A stretch of 59,184 bases of DNA, the filler included. It is 5 parts of 5 records of this genome, joined end to end, with 100 filler letters (N's around TTAATTAATTAA, not from the genome) between each part and the next. Parts side by side here need not be neighbours in the genome. Positions count along the whole stretch, not along the records: positions 35,279 to 52,174 come from SRR31156797_7380; positions 52,275 to 59,184 come from SRR31156797_7387; 3 more parts are not named here. One strand, 5' to 3'. Numbering within the stretch: position 1 is the stretch's first letter; every line of letters starts with the position of its first letter. The notes beneath the pieces were generated by a model. The model was not told the DNA's origin. It searched no databases and saw only the letters and a list, made by a program, of their open reading frames with translations. A program made the position numbers and the translations under genes. This document shows, piece after piece, positions 47,827-57,907 of the stretch.

Positions 47827-48813
47827 ATGTCACAAATTAATTTTGGAGTATTAGGCGTTTCAAATCATTTGATAAAAAGAATCGTTTTACCATTAAAATC
47901 GACTACGAATTGCAAAATAATTGGAATCGCTTCAAGAGATAACAAAAAAGCACTAGACTTTGCTAATAGTTTTAACATAGAAAGAGCATACTCTAGTTAT
48001 CAAGATTTACTAGATGATTCAGATATACACGCTGTATATATTCCTTTACCCAATCATATGCACTTGGAATGGGTTAAAAAGGCTGCCAGTGCAGGAAAAC
48101 ATATCCTATGCGAGAAACCAATTGCATTAAACGAAAAAGAAGCCTTAGAATGCATTCAAGCTGCAAATACCTGTCGCGTAAATTTGATGGAAGCTTTTAT
48201 GTATAAATTTCATCCGCAATGGATTCATGCTAAAAATATAATAAGAACAAACCAAATTGGATCTATTCAATCAATACATACGTCTTTTGCTTACCATAAT
48301 CCCGCTCCTAATAACATAAGAAATATAAAAGAATTTGGAGGTGGAGCTCTCATGGATATAGGGTGCTATGCTATTTCAATATCCAGATTTTTATTGGACA
48401 AAGAACCCATCAGAGTATGTTCACTTCAAGATATACATAACGACTTTCAAACTGATTCACTTACATCAGCTATGATGGATTTTAATGGTTGCCACTCTAC
48501 CTTTACAGTTTCGACTTTAAGTCACCCAAACCAAAATGTAACTATAATAGGATCTGCTGGATCTATTAAAATTGATGTCCCTTTTAATACATACGTTGAT
48601 ACCCCATCTAGAATCTTAATTTCAACAGCACAAGGAGACAGAACCATTACCTTTGATATTTGTGATCAATATGGTTTAATGTTTGAGGCTTTTGCTGATA
48701 GCATTATAAACAAAAAACCAAACCCGTATACTCCAATTGACGCTCAAAAAAATATGAAAGTAATTGATGCAATTTTTAAATCTTCAAATACAAAAGATTG
48801 GGTTAAAATTTAG
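47827..48813 (+). CDS. Gfo/Idh/MocA family oxidoreductase
   Basis: AVYIPLPNHMH, GKHILCEKP, GGGALMDIGCY. Start at MSQIN. Confidence 0.92.
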   Translation: MSQINFGVLGVSNHLIKRIVLPLKSTTNCKIIGIASRDNKKALDFANSFNIERAYSSYQDLLDDSDIHAVYIPLPNHMHLEWVKKAASAGKHILCEKPIALNEKEALECIQAANTCRVNLMEAFMYKFHPQWIHAKNIIRTNQIGSIQSIHTSFAYHNPAPNNIRNIKEFGGGALMDIGCYAISISRFLLDKEPIRVCSLQDIHNDFQTDSLTSAMMDFNGCHSTFTVSTLSHPNQNVTIIGSAGSIKIDVPFNTYVDTPSRILISTAQGDRTITFDICDQYGLMFEAFADSIINKKPNPYTPIDAQKNMKVIDAIFKSSNTKDWVKI

Positions 48814-48823
48814 ATAAAAGAAA

Positions 48824-48846
48824 AGGCTACTTATAATAAGTAGCCT
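48824..48846. terminator. Terminator hairpin between convergent genes
   Basis: AGGCTACTTA-TAA-TAAGTAGCCT with an A run on the left side. Confidence 0.7.
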
Positions 48847-48873
48847 CTATTTTAATTTTAAATTGAATCTTCA

Positions 48874-49332
48874 TTAAAAATTCATCTCTCCAGCAGAATA
48901 TTGTTTCACTAATGACATTACTGCTTTTGCACACCCTTCTTCTCCACCTTTAAAAGAAAAAACTAAATTATAAACTTTAGATTTCCTGCAAATAAACTCA
49001 AAAGAATCATACATTTTGCCTCCTTCAAAATTACTGATCAACATTTTATCACCATCAAAAAGTTGCATTATTACTCTTTCTGGATTCGATGCGCTATTTG
49101 CTGTATTAAACTTATAATGACTTCGGCTATTAAGAATAACACTAAACTTTATAAATCCAGTTTTTGTATCTTTTTTAGCTTTTTTTAAATCAATATTGAA
49201 ATCCTTCATATATTGAGCATCACCCATCTCCTTTAAAGCCACTTTTAACAGTTCATCTCCACACTGTGAATATCCTTTAATAGAGAAAGTGGAAACCATT
49301 AAAACCACTAATATTAATATCTTTTTCATCAT
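48874..49332 (-). CDS. Secreted hypothetical protein with three Cys
   Basis: 152 aa; signal peptide ending YSQC; beta-rich body. Confidence 0.75.
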   Translation of the reverse strand: MMKKILILVVLMVSTFSIKGYSQCGDELLKVALKEMGDAQYMKDFNIDLKKAKKDTKTGFIKFSVILNSRSHYKFNTANSASNPERVIMQLFDGDKMLISNFEGGKMYDSFEFICRKSKVYNLVFSFKGGEEGCAKAVMSLVKQYSAGEMNF

Positions 49333-49470
49333 TATCTAAATTTTAAAAATGTCAAGTCTATTCTAATTATCAGCTTAAGCATAAATTATACCAGAAAGAT
49401 AATTGACTTGAGCAATATATTTTTAGGATACTTTGATACAACACAAAGATAATTGTTTCAATTAAACTTA

Positions 49471-50394
49471 CTATGAAACTATGAAATCTCTTAAGTTGTT
49501 AATTTCTGCCACAATAGCATCTAATTGTTCAGGTGTAATTTCAACATGACTTATTTCATCCTGAACAATAACCAAAGTTCCATTTCTTTCTATTCTCTTT
49601 GGTTCTCCAAATTCTGTAGTTATTTTAACTCCATCATAAGCTTGTTTAACTTGTTCTAATCTGGTCACCATTTCAGCAAAGTTTGGGTCTTTACCGTAAT
49701 TATTTAAGATGATAAGTAAGATATCAATAATATCCTTTTGCTCACCAATTCGATTAATTAAATCTTCATTTTTAGTTTCTTTAATTACGCTACTGGCAAT
49801 ATATAAACCTTCAATCCAAGCGCCAGTCACAATTAAAGCACTTACGTTACTTCTGTGCTGCTCTCTTAAGTAAGAATCCATTTTATTGAAACTACTTACA
49901 GAAACTTCCATAAGAGAATCAAGATTATTACTGTTAGTTGCCATCTTTTTTAAGGCATTAAAATCAAAGAATTGACCAACCTTAATTCCCTCTGCTAAAT
50001 CTTTAACTGATAATAAATAAGAAATAACAATATTATTTTTATCAAATGTATTAATGTAACCTAAGTCAGCACTAAAAACACCTAAATTAAGAGCTCTCTT
50101 AAAGCTGGTGTTATAATCATCCACCTTTTCAGGTTTATTCAATATTTTTTGCGAGAATGCTACGCCAGACTTTTTAATTAAAGCTGCCATTTCTACAGGA
50201 GAAGAAATGTTTTGAATAACATCACCAATAATCTCTTCTGATAATTCAAGTGGTGCATCCTGACTTAAAGCAGAATCAGATAAACTAAAATCATCTGAAC
50301 CTTCTTGGTTAGATTTGTTAGAATTTCCAGAACATGCAGAAAACAATAAAATTCCTCCAAATATAGCCGTAGTGTAAAATAATTTCTTTAACAT
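49471..50394 (-). CDS. Hypothetical helical lipoprotein
   Basis: Lipobox LFSAC; SSPVEMA, ALNLGVFSADLGY, GAWIEGLY. Confidence 0.8.
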   Translation of the reverse strand: MLKKLFYTTAIFGGILLFSACSGNSNKSNQEGSDDFSLSDSALSQDAPLELSEEIIGDVIQNISSPVEMAALIKKSGVAFSQKILNKPEKVDDYNTSFKRALNLGVFSADLGYINTFDKNNIVISYLLSVKDLAEGIKVGQFFDFNALKKMATNSNNLDSLMEVSVSSFNKMDSYLREQHRSNVSALIVTGAWIEGLYIASSVIKETKNEDLINRIGEQKDIIDILLIILNNYGKDPNFAEMVTRLEQVKQAYDGVKITTEFGEPKRIERNGTLVIVQDEISHVEITPEQLDAIVAEINNLRDFIVS

Positions 50395-50451
50395 GATAAG
50401 TTATTTTAATAATAAAAACTTGTGACTTATACTTAGTACCCTTATAAAAGG

Positions 50452-52174
50452 TTACTTTTTAAGATATTTAAGTTCTCCAAAAAACTTAAATGATTTACGT
50501 AATAAATCAAAATATAAAATAGCATACATTAATATAGTAAATATCCATACCATACTAATATTAAACCATAACGTTTCAAAGTAACTCCCTGCAAAGTGCT
50601 TTTGGGGTGCAAAAAAGTGGGTTCTAAAAGCCAATAAATGTTCAGGTTCAGGCATTTGATATATCGGATCAACATTTTGAATTAGCTTATCACCTTCTCT
50701 TAATATTTTATTTTTCTCAAATACCTTTCTTACAATATCCGAAATACTTTCATTAAGATATTGATCCTTTACACCATTGAACTTTTCGTTGCCATATTTC
50801 GACATGGCAAGATTGATCATTCGCTCCTTTTTAGTGGTTGCTTCCACAAAACGGTTAGTATAGTATTCTTTAAGCTGATTAATATGAGCAATTAGACTAT
50901 TATAAACATCCAAATTAAAATCCTTCTTATTTATCTGTTCTACCTTGGTAAAAGCAAACTCATTATTTCTTCTGTTCTCTCTCGAAATTTCGTTTTTAAT
51001 TAAGGATAAATCTATCTCATATTGATCGTTATCAATTTCTTTAGTATTTAGGCTTTTTTTACATTCATCTAAAATCTCTTCAATCTCTTGAAAATAGTGT
51101 ACTATCTTAAAATCTGTTGTACTTTCCTCTTGTTCAACATCAAAAAACAGCTTCTTAAACTTATTGTTTTTATACTGATCTACCATTAAACCTTCATAAA
51201 TCCATCTCGATGGCATAAACTCGGCAATAAAAGGCACTTTATCAGCACTCGAAATATCCCTGTTTAATTTATCAAAAGTAAACATTGCACCACCCAACAC
51301 CATTTGTGGAATCATCACTAATGGAATAAGTATGTAGATTGTAACTATCGAGTTGAAAGATGCAGATAATATCAAACCTAAAATATTCGCAAATGCTGAG
51401 ACTGAAAATAAGGCAAGCCAAAATTCAAAGTACATTCCTTTAATTCCAAGAACCGTATTCGCCACACCAACAAATAGAGCCATTTGAATAGCAGAAATTA
51501 AAAACAGCAACAATACTTTTGATACAAGATAACTTGATCTAGATAAATTTAGAAAGGCCTCGCGTTTAAGTATTTTTGCATCCTTAAAAATTTCTTCGGC
51601 ACTAACTATTAGACCGAAAAACAAGGCTACAACAATTCCCATAAAAATATATGGAGGAATGTTCTCATTATCCCTGAAAATATAAACATTCGAATCTGGA
51701 TCAACAATATATCTAATTAAGAATGATAATATTAAACCCAGAATTGGAGCCTCCAGCAGGTTTAATAAAATATATTGCTTATTTGCAACCTTTGAGAAGA
51801 AATCTCTGAGTGTATATATTTTAAATTGCTTTAGCCAGGATGGTATATTTAAAGACTGAGGAGGTGCAGATTCGACTTCAGCTACCTTAGGAATGGTAAT
51901 ATTTTTCTCATAATGTTTATTCCACTCCTTTGGACTCGTTTTTCTCTTATTCGTATAATTTCCATATTCATCAAGCACATTAGCATCGATAATATTAAAT
52001 ACCATTTCAGGATTTAAATTACCACACTGCGGACACTCACCTTGTTCACTATTAATCTGAGCATCTAACTGCTTAAAATATATTAATGATTCACTTGGAT
52101 TACCATAATAAACTGGGTAACCTCCAGTATCAAGAATAAACATTTTATCAAACATTTTATAAATGTCTGATGAT
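50452..52174 (-). CDS. ABCG-like ABC transporter (NBD-then-TMD), 5' truncated
   Basis: SSDIYKMFD..ILDTGG..VYYG (follows the IHQP H-loop in this family), CPQC..NPE, and an ABC-2 membrane domain (EEIFKD..ILKRE, IPQMVLGG). Confidence 0.82.
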
Positions 52175-52274
52175 NNNNNNNNNNNNNNNNNNNNNNNNNN
52201 NNNNNNNNNNNNNNNNNNTTAATTAATTAANNNNNNNNNNNNNNNNNNNNNNNNNNNNNNNNNNNNNNNNNNNN
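52175..52274. other. Artificial contig spacer
   Basis: N-run + TTAATTAATTAA + N-run. Confidence 0.99.
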
Positions 52275-52275
52275 T

Positions 52276-52884
52276 TGCTACAACAAATTTTTAATTGAAG
52301 ACGATCCGTACAACGAAGTGTATTTTGATGCTCCGTTTTCTGCCCCCATAAAAAAGTACGCTGAAAATAATGTAGCATGGACCGGCTCGTTCTCGAAAAT
52401 GGTTGCACCAGGACTGCGAAATGGCTGGGTTGTTTTACCCCGCGAGTTGGTAAAACATTTCGACAAGGCCAAACAAGCCACTGATTTAAATCCAAATAAT
52501 CTGACTCAATATGTATTGCACCATTATTTAACCAACAATAATTTAGATGACCATTTAAAATCCATTAGAAAGAAATACGCAACCAACTGTTTGTTTATGC
52601 AGGACATGATTTCGAAATATTTACCCGAAGAGGTTACAGCAACTAGTCCATCAGGCGGAATGTTTATCTGGTTAACCTTACCCCTTGGTGTTTCATCAAC
52701 CGAACTGGTGGAACAAACCATTAAAAAAGGTGTGGTTTTTGTCCCGGGCAATGCGTTTTACACCAACGGAGATGGCCAGGAAAATATTCGGCTAAACTTT
52801 TCGAATGCCAATGCCGGACACATTGAAAAAGGAATAAAAACAATTGCAGGTGAACTGGAAAAAATGCTGGTTTCAACAATTTAA
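52276..52884 (+). CDS. PLP-dependent class I aminotransferase (ARO8/LysN-like), 5' truncated
   Basis: IEDDPY upstream of the ORF call, GSFSKMVAPGLRNGW, PSGGMFIW, IRLNFS. Confidence 0.9.
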   Translation, partial: CYNKFLIEDDPYNEVYFDAPFSAPIKKYAENNVAWTGSFSKMVAPGLRNGWVVLPRELVKHFDKAKQATDLNPNNLTQYVLHHYLTNNNLDDHLKSIRKKYATNCLFMQDMISKYLPEEVTATSPSGGMFIWLTLPLGVSSTELVEQTIKKGVVFVPGNAFYTNGDGQENIRLNFSNANAGHIEKGIKTIAGELEKMLVSTI

Positions 52885-52955
52885 TGATGTATAAAAATTA
52901 AAATCAAGAAAAGGGATAAACACTTTTTAATGCACATTGTTTAGTAAAGCAAAAC

Positions 52956-53510
52956 ATGAAAATTATGAATACAAAAAAACTGTTTTTATTTGCCTTGTTA
53001 CTCTCTGTTACAGTAGCAGTGTTTGCACAAAAATCGTTTTACGATTTTACCGTAAAAGCAATTGATGGTTCGGAATATAAACTGGCCCAGTTAAAAGGGA
53101 AAAAGGTTTTGGTGGTGAATACGGCATCAAAATGTGGTTTAACACCTCAGTATGAAGGGCTGGAGAAGCTTTACAAACAATATGGAGGCGAGAACTTTAT
53201 AATTATTGGTTTTCCGGCCAATAATTTTTTAAAGCAGGAACCCGGGACAAATGAAGAGATTGCCGAATTCTGCCAGATTAACTATGGAGTTTCTTTCCCG
53301 ATGATGTCAAAAATTAGTGTTAAAGGAGATGATCAGCACGAATTGTACCAATGGCTCACCCAAAAAGAACAAAACGGGGTGAAAGACTCGAAGGTAAACT
53401 GGAACTTTCAGAAATACCTCATCAATGAAGAAGGCAAACTGGTAGATACCTTTTCGCCTAAAACAAAACCCGATGATGAAAAAATAGTTGCCTGGATAAC
53501 AGGAAACTAA
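52956..53510 (+). CDS. Glutathione peroxidase family protein, Cys-type, with signal peptide
   Basis: VNTASKCG (TGT codon), GFPANNF..QEPG, WNFQKYLI. Confidence 0.93.
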   Translation: MKIMNTKKLFLFALLLSVTVAVFAQKSFYDFTVKAIDGSEYKLAQLKGKKVLVVNTASKCGLTPQYEGLEKLYKQYGGENFIIIGFPANNFLKQEPGTNEEIAEFCQINYGVSFPMMSKISVKGDDQHELYQWLTQKEQNGVKDSKVNWNFQKYLINEEGKLVDTFSPKTKPDDEKIVAWITGN

Positions 53511-53526
53511 AAAAGCGAAACATAAT

Positions 53527-53574
53527 AAAACTGCTTTAGCCAATGCTAATATGCTAATGGTTTAAAGCAGTTTT
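53527..53574. terminator. Bidirectional terminator-like hairpin
   Basis: 12-bp stem AAAACTGCTTTA / TAAAGCAGTTTT between convergent genes; the loop contains ATGCTAAT twice. Confidence 0.65.
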
Positions 53575-54087
53575 TTATATTAACACTATTAATATGGCTA
53601 TAATTAGTCCCAATCCTGATAGTACCAAGCCTCTTTTAAAATAACGCGATTTGGCTTTGAACATCCAAAAAGACGAAATGGCCAGGAAGAGCAGCAACAC
53701 CCCGTACACAACCGTAATCCAATGTGTTACACTACCACTCGAAGCCTTGTGTAAACCATTTAACTTATTCAAAAAAACAGGAAGACTATTTTGTGAATAA
53801 ACAACCAATCCGGTAGATTTATTGTAACTGCCATTTCCAAAATAAACCACATCCCCTTCTGTTTTCTCCAATCTAAAACGACGCATATGTAATGCTCGCG
53901 ATAGCTCATCCGCACCCAAATTTGGTTCCAGTTGCTTTTCGATTGTCTTCTCACTTTTTAAAAATCCGGTATCGCGATACACCAATACGATCCCGCTTAC
54001 AACATAAATTAAGGTCATCCCAATTAACAGGTATCCAATATCGCGATGCAAAGACCGCATAAATGAATGAACAGTTCTTTTTCCCAT
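53575..54087 (-). CDS. PepSY-associated TM helix protein
   Basis: RSLHRDIGY..SGIVL and LNGLHK..AISSFWM; three TM helices with two conserved His. Confidence 0.8.
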   Translation of the reverse strand: MGKRTVHSFMRSLHRDIGYLLIGMTLIYVVSGIVLVYRDTGFLKSEKTIEKQLEPNLGADELSRALHMRRFRLEKTEGDVVYFGNGSYNKSTGLVVYSQNSLPVFLNKLNGLHKASSGSVTHWITVVYGVLLLFLAISSFWMFKAKSRYFKRGLVLSGLGLIIAILIVLI

Positions 54088-54265
54088 ATCTTGTTATCAA
54101 ATTACATTCTAATGATTTCTGACTATTTGTTCAAGCTCAGGTTTAATTCTATTTCAGTTATTGTAACCAATATTTATTCATTAGAAAAGTTTTTATACAG
54201 TTAAAATCACAGCAATTATAAAATATTCAGAATCAATACCCGAGTACAATTTTTCGACTCGCTGC

Positions 54266-54562
54266 TTAGTTTAATAAAATATTAACCATCTGCCAGGTTA
54301 CTCCATCATACCCAATCCACACTCTTTTTTTCATGGGCTCTGCAGCTACAAATTGGACAATTCCACTGTAATTACTTGCTCCAAATCCCAAACATATACT
54401 CTGGTCAAGATTATTAAGGTTAAAACAAAATATTCCAGAACTGTTATTTATGGATCCAGCATAAGTATATAAACAGTCTCCTTCCGCATCTATACAACTA
54501 CATGTTGCTCCTTGAATCAGACCGGCAAGACCATACCTTTCTTCAGTGGTAAACCAACTGCT
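54266..54562 (-). pseudogene. 98-codon open frame with no canonical start at its 5' end (gene fragment or orphan)
   Basis: Hand translation, bounded by TAA on both sides: SSWFTTEERYGLAGLIQGATCSCIDAEGDCLYTYAGSINNSSGIFCFNLNNLDQSICLGFGASNYSGIVQFVAAEPMKKRVWIGYDGVTWQMVNILLN*. Confidence 0.4.
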
Positions 54563-54667
54563 TTATGCATGCTTCTTCAGGCTAAAAAAAGTGTAAAATT
54601 AAGAGGATATCGTATTTCATAAAATAATTTCTGCTGACAATTTCATAATGAAGAAAACACACTCAAA

Positions 54668-55408
54668 TTAATCACACAAGAAAGATTTGGATGACCACTG
54701 ATCGTCTAATTTTTCAACCAACAATAATCCCGGATTTTTTGAATCGAGGCTGCCGATCATATTGCCATTTTTATCCCAAAAGGCACTTTGTCCGCCAGAA
54801 TCGCAACCCCATGGCATGCCGCAAAAATTCGACATTAATATTTGAATACCATATTGTTGTGCGTACCCCGAGAGCAGATTATGTGCTCTATTCATACTTC
54901 CCGGCAAATAAAATATGCTTGCCAGGTACAGGGCCGATTTATTCTGATATGCAGCTTGTATGTGCTTCTGATTTTCAATATCGAAACAAGTGGCAAGCGA
55001 GATTTTTTGATCTTCGATCTCAAGCAATGGATTGAAGTCGAAAGATGCATTAAAATAAACATCTTCCCCTTCATGCAGGTATTGTTTCGTATAAATTTGG
55101 ATTTTATCATTTGGAGAAATAATAAACGTCCCTATAAACATGTTGTTTTCCATCTTTATCGGGGCTCCGGCTATAATTGTTATAGCCTTATTATTCGCCA
55201 ATTCCTGAAGGGATTCTAAACGAACATCTTTCGGTTGAAAGGCCAAGCTACTTGCTTTTTCTCTTTCGTATCCGGTAATCGACATCTCGGGAAATAAGAT
55301 TAAATCGGCACCGTGGTCAGCAGCAAGACCAGACAGTTGTATATGATCCTTAAGGTTTGATTCAGTATCGAACCTTTTGGGATTGGTTTGTGCAGCAGCA
55401 ATAATCAT
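54668..55408 (-). CDS. Carbon-nitrogen hydrolase (nitrilase superfamily)
   Basis: E-K-C triad in FPEMS, YTKQYL and ATCFD. Start at MIIAAAQ. Confidence 0.9.
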   Translation of the reverse strand: MIIAAAQTNPKRFDTESNLKDHIQLSGLAADHGADLILFPEMSITGYEREKASSLAFQPKDVRLESLQELANNKAITIIAGAPIKMENNMFIGTFIISPNDKIQIYTKQYLHEGEDVYFNASFDFNPLLEIEDQKISLATCFDIENQKHIQAAYQNKSALYLASIFYLPGSMNRAHNLLSGYAQQYGIQILMSNFCGMPWGCDSGGQSAFWDKNGNMIGSLDSKNPGLLLVEKLDDQWSSKSFLCD

Positions 55409-55470
55409 TATTGTTTTTTTTTGAAAAAACAAAAGTCAATATTTTTTCTTTTCAAATGGAGAAGATAATG

Positions 55471-56127
55471 TTAATTCAATAATAAACTCCGATCAAACTC
55501 ATCGAAATGTTTTATTTGCTGCAAATTAAACTCACTGTAGTTTCCATTGACTGAATTTACGATAACGATTTGCCCCGCACCTGCATTTTGAGCCGCCTTT
55601 AATCCTGCATGCGAATCTTCAAAAATGGTTGTACTTTCCGGTGCCAGCCCCAAAGCATTAATGGCCTTAATAAACAGGTCGGGATGAGGTTTGCCGCGAA
55701 CTGTACCATCGTTATAAATAATGTGTTCAGGCTTAAAATAGTTCAGGAGCTTAAAATGTTCCGAAAAAAAGTCGACATTGTTTTTTGCTGCTGCAGTGGC
55801 AATCCCTATTGGAATCTTGTTTCGAATAAGGAACTCAAACAGGTTTTGAGCGCCAGGCGCTAATTGCATACCATGCTCTAAACACATCTTCCGGTATATT
55901 ACCTCTTTTTCTTCGGTTAAACGATAAACCTCCTCGCTATCACATTCCCTCTTAAATAAATATTCAAAAGTGTCCTTTGCATTGATCCCGTGTATATATT
56001 TTACTTTCTCTTCCTCAGTAAGCGAGAAACCATATTTCTCCAGAAAAAGATCCCATGAATCGTTTTGAATTTTGGTATCCCAGAAAAGGGTGCCATTGAA
56101 ATCGAAAATAATGCCTTGTTTTTTCAT
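55471..56127 (-). CDS. HAD-superfamily hydrolase (beta-PGM/CbbY-like)
   Basis: IFDFNGTL, IATA, GKPHPD, FEDS..G..AA..AG. Confidence 0.9.
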   Translation of the reverse strand: MKKQGIIFDFNGTLFWDTKIQNDSWDLFLEKYGFSLTEEEKVKYIHGINAKDTFEYLFKRECDSEEVYRLTEEKEVIYRKMCLEHGMQLAPGAQNLFEFLIRNKIPIGIATAAAKNNVDFFSEHFKLLNYFKPEHIIYNDGTVRGKPHPDLFIKAINALGLAPESTTIFEDSHAGLKAAQNAGAGQIVIVNSVNGNYSEFNLQQIKHFDEFDRSLLLN

Positions 56128-56246
56128 ACAATTAAAAGTTATTTATAGATAAGGGATCGTATGTAACGCGCATTTATGTTTGATAATCCTTTTGGGAGTG
56201 AATATCTTTCATGCTCGATTCATAAATCCTAAAGTCCTTCAAATTC

Positions 56247-57758
56247 TCAAGTATCTATCGTTAAAAATGCCCTTCCCATAAAATCAATAATATCGCTGGC
56301 TACCAGCGCAAACTCCGATTTTTCGCAAGCAGCCAGGTCTCCGGACAAACCATGCAAATAAACACCGATTAAAGCTGCATCAAACGAACACATTCCCTGG
56401 GCAAGTAATCCAAGAAGAATTCCGGTTAACACATCACCGCTTCCGGCAGTTGCCATTCCGGGATTGCCGGTTGAGTTAAAAATAAGCAACCCACTGTTAT
56501 CGGATACCGAAGTATGCGCTCCTTTTAGTACAACAACGCATTTGTATTTTTTTGAAAAATCAATCTGTTTCTGAATGGCATCAAACGAATTGGCAGATTC
56601 ACCTGTTAAACGTCGAAACTCTCCGGGATGAGGGGTAAGTATCGATCCTTCCGGGATCTTTTCCAACCACTCCGGATGCCTGGCAAGTATATTCAAGCCA
56701 TCGGCATCGACAACCAAAGGGACTTTTGCGTCTTCCAGCAAGTCGCATAAAGCACGGCACGAGTTCTTTTTTTGATTAAGTCCAGGACCTACACCAATGG
56801 CAGTAAAAGCAGCCAGGTCCGGGAATTCGGTGAACATCGAATCATGTCGATCAATACTCGCCATTGCTTCGGGCACTGCTGTTTGAATAATTGAATAACC
56901 CAAATGTGGAACATGTGTGGTAAGCAGTCCTACTCCGGCTCGCAGGCAGGCTTTAGAAGCCAACACAGCTGCTCCCATTTTACCATAACTCCCGGAGATA
57001 AGCAACGCATGCCCCAGCGTTCCCTTATGATCGAATTTAGAACGCACCGGGAAACGCTCCAATATTTCATCTTTTTCAAGCAGTACATAAGGTGAATTAA
57101 TTTTTTCTATTCCCTCAGGATGCAATCCAATGGATAATACCTCCCAATTTCCAACATAAGGTTCGTTTTCAGCCAACAAAAAACTTATTTTCGGAAACTG
57201 CAGGGTTAAAGTATAATCAGCCCGAATAATGTTCTCAGCAATGTTTGCAGAATTATCCTCACCCATTAATCCGCTGGGAATATCAATGGCAATAACCTCG
57301 TTTAACAGCTGATTAATCTTTTTAACGATTTCTGCTGCCAAACCATTCAGAGGTCTTGTTAATCCGGAACCAAATAATCCATCCAAAATTACGACATCTT
57401 CCTCAAGTTCCGGGAAATCCTTAATACTCTTCAGCTTATATAATTTTACTTCCCCCTGCTCTTCCAAACGGCTCCAGTTTATTTTGGGTGAACCTTTTAA
57501 TCCTTTGTCATAATCGAGCAAATACACTTCACACTGGAAATCAAATTCAGCTAATTGACGAGCCATAGCCAAAGCATCGCCTCCATTGTTTCCCGGTCCG
57601 GCAAAAAAAACCATCTTTTGCTCGGTTGAAAACTCCTGCACTAACCAGTTTGTCATTTGTAAGGATGCGCGCTCCATTAGCTCAATATCAGAAATGGGTT
57701 CGTTCTCAATGGTATATTGATCGATTTGGGCAATTTGTTTTGTTTCGAATAGTTTCAT
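56247..57758 (-). CDS. nnr: Bifunctional NAD(P)H-hydrate epimerase/dehydratase
   Basis: LMERAS, GPGNNGGDA, IDIPSG, HKGTLG, ILTPHPGEF, MATAGSGDVLTG. Confidence 0.95.
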   Translation of the reverse strand: MKLFETKQIAQIDQYTIENEPISDIELMERASLQMTNWLVQEFSTEQKMVFFAGPGNNGGDALAMARQLAEFDFQCEVYLLDYDKGLKGSPKINWSRLEEQGEVKLYKLKSIKDFPELEEDVVILDGLFGSGLTRPLNGLAAEIVKKINQLLNEVIAIDIPSGLMGEDNSANIAENIIRADYTLTLQFPKISFLLAENEPYVGNWEVLSIGLHPEGIEKINSPYVLLEKDEILERFPVRSKFDHKGTLGHALLISGSYGKMGAAVLASKACLRAGVGLLTTHVPHLGYSIIQTAVPEAMASIDRHDSMFTEFPDLAAFTAIGVGPGLNQKKNSCRALCDLLEDAKVPLVVDADGLNILARHPEWLEKIPEGSILTPHPGEFRRLTGESANSFDAIQKQIDFSKKYKCVVVLKGAHTSVSDNSGLLIFNSTGNPGMATAGSGDVLTGILLGLLAQGMCSFDAALIGVYLHGLSGDLAACEKSEFALVASDIIDFMGRAFLTIDT

Positions 57759-57907
57759 ATCAATTAGGTGGAAATTAACAGAACAAAAACCGCAGTAATT
57801 GCTCCTGTCATTTAATACACTCTAAGTTATAAAAACAAGGGTGATTTTCTACACATCCGCAAAAAAATCCTTAGCAAACTATAAGTATTTCTCAACACCA
57901 GGTTAAA

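Noticed and set aside
17115-52274. TTAATTAATTAA recurring four times as a biological repeat
   Set aside because: Always flanked by equal N-runs at composition breaks; it is an assembly linker.
53110-53145. Selenocysteine glutathione peroxidase
   Set aside because: The catalytic codon is TGT (Cys), not TGA.
54266-54562. Diversity-generating retroelement template repeat
   Set aside because: A few AAY codons are present, but no matching variable repeat or reverse transcriptase is in the window.
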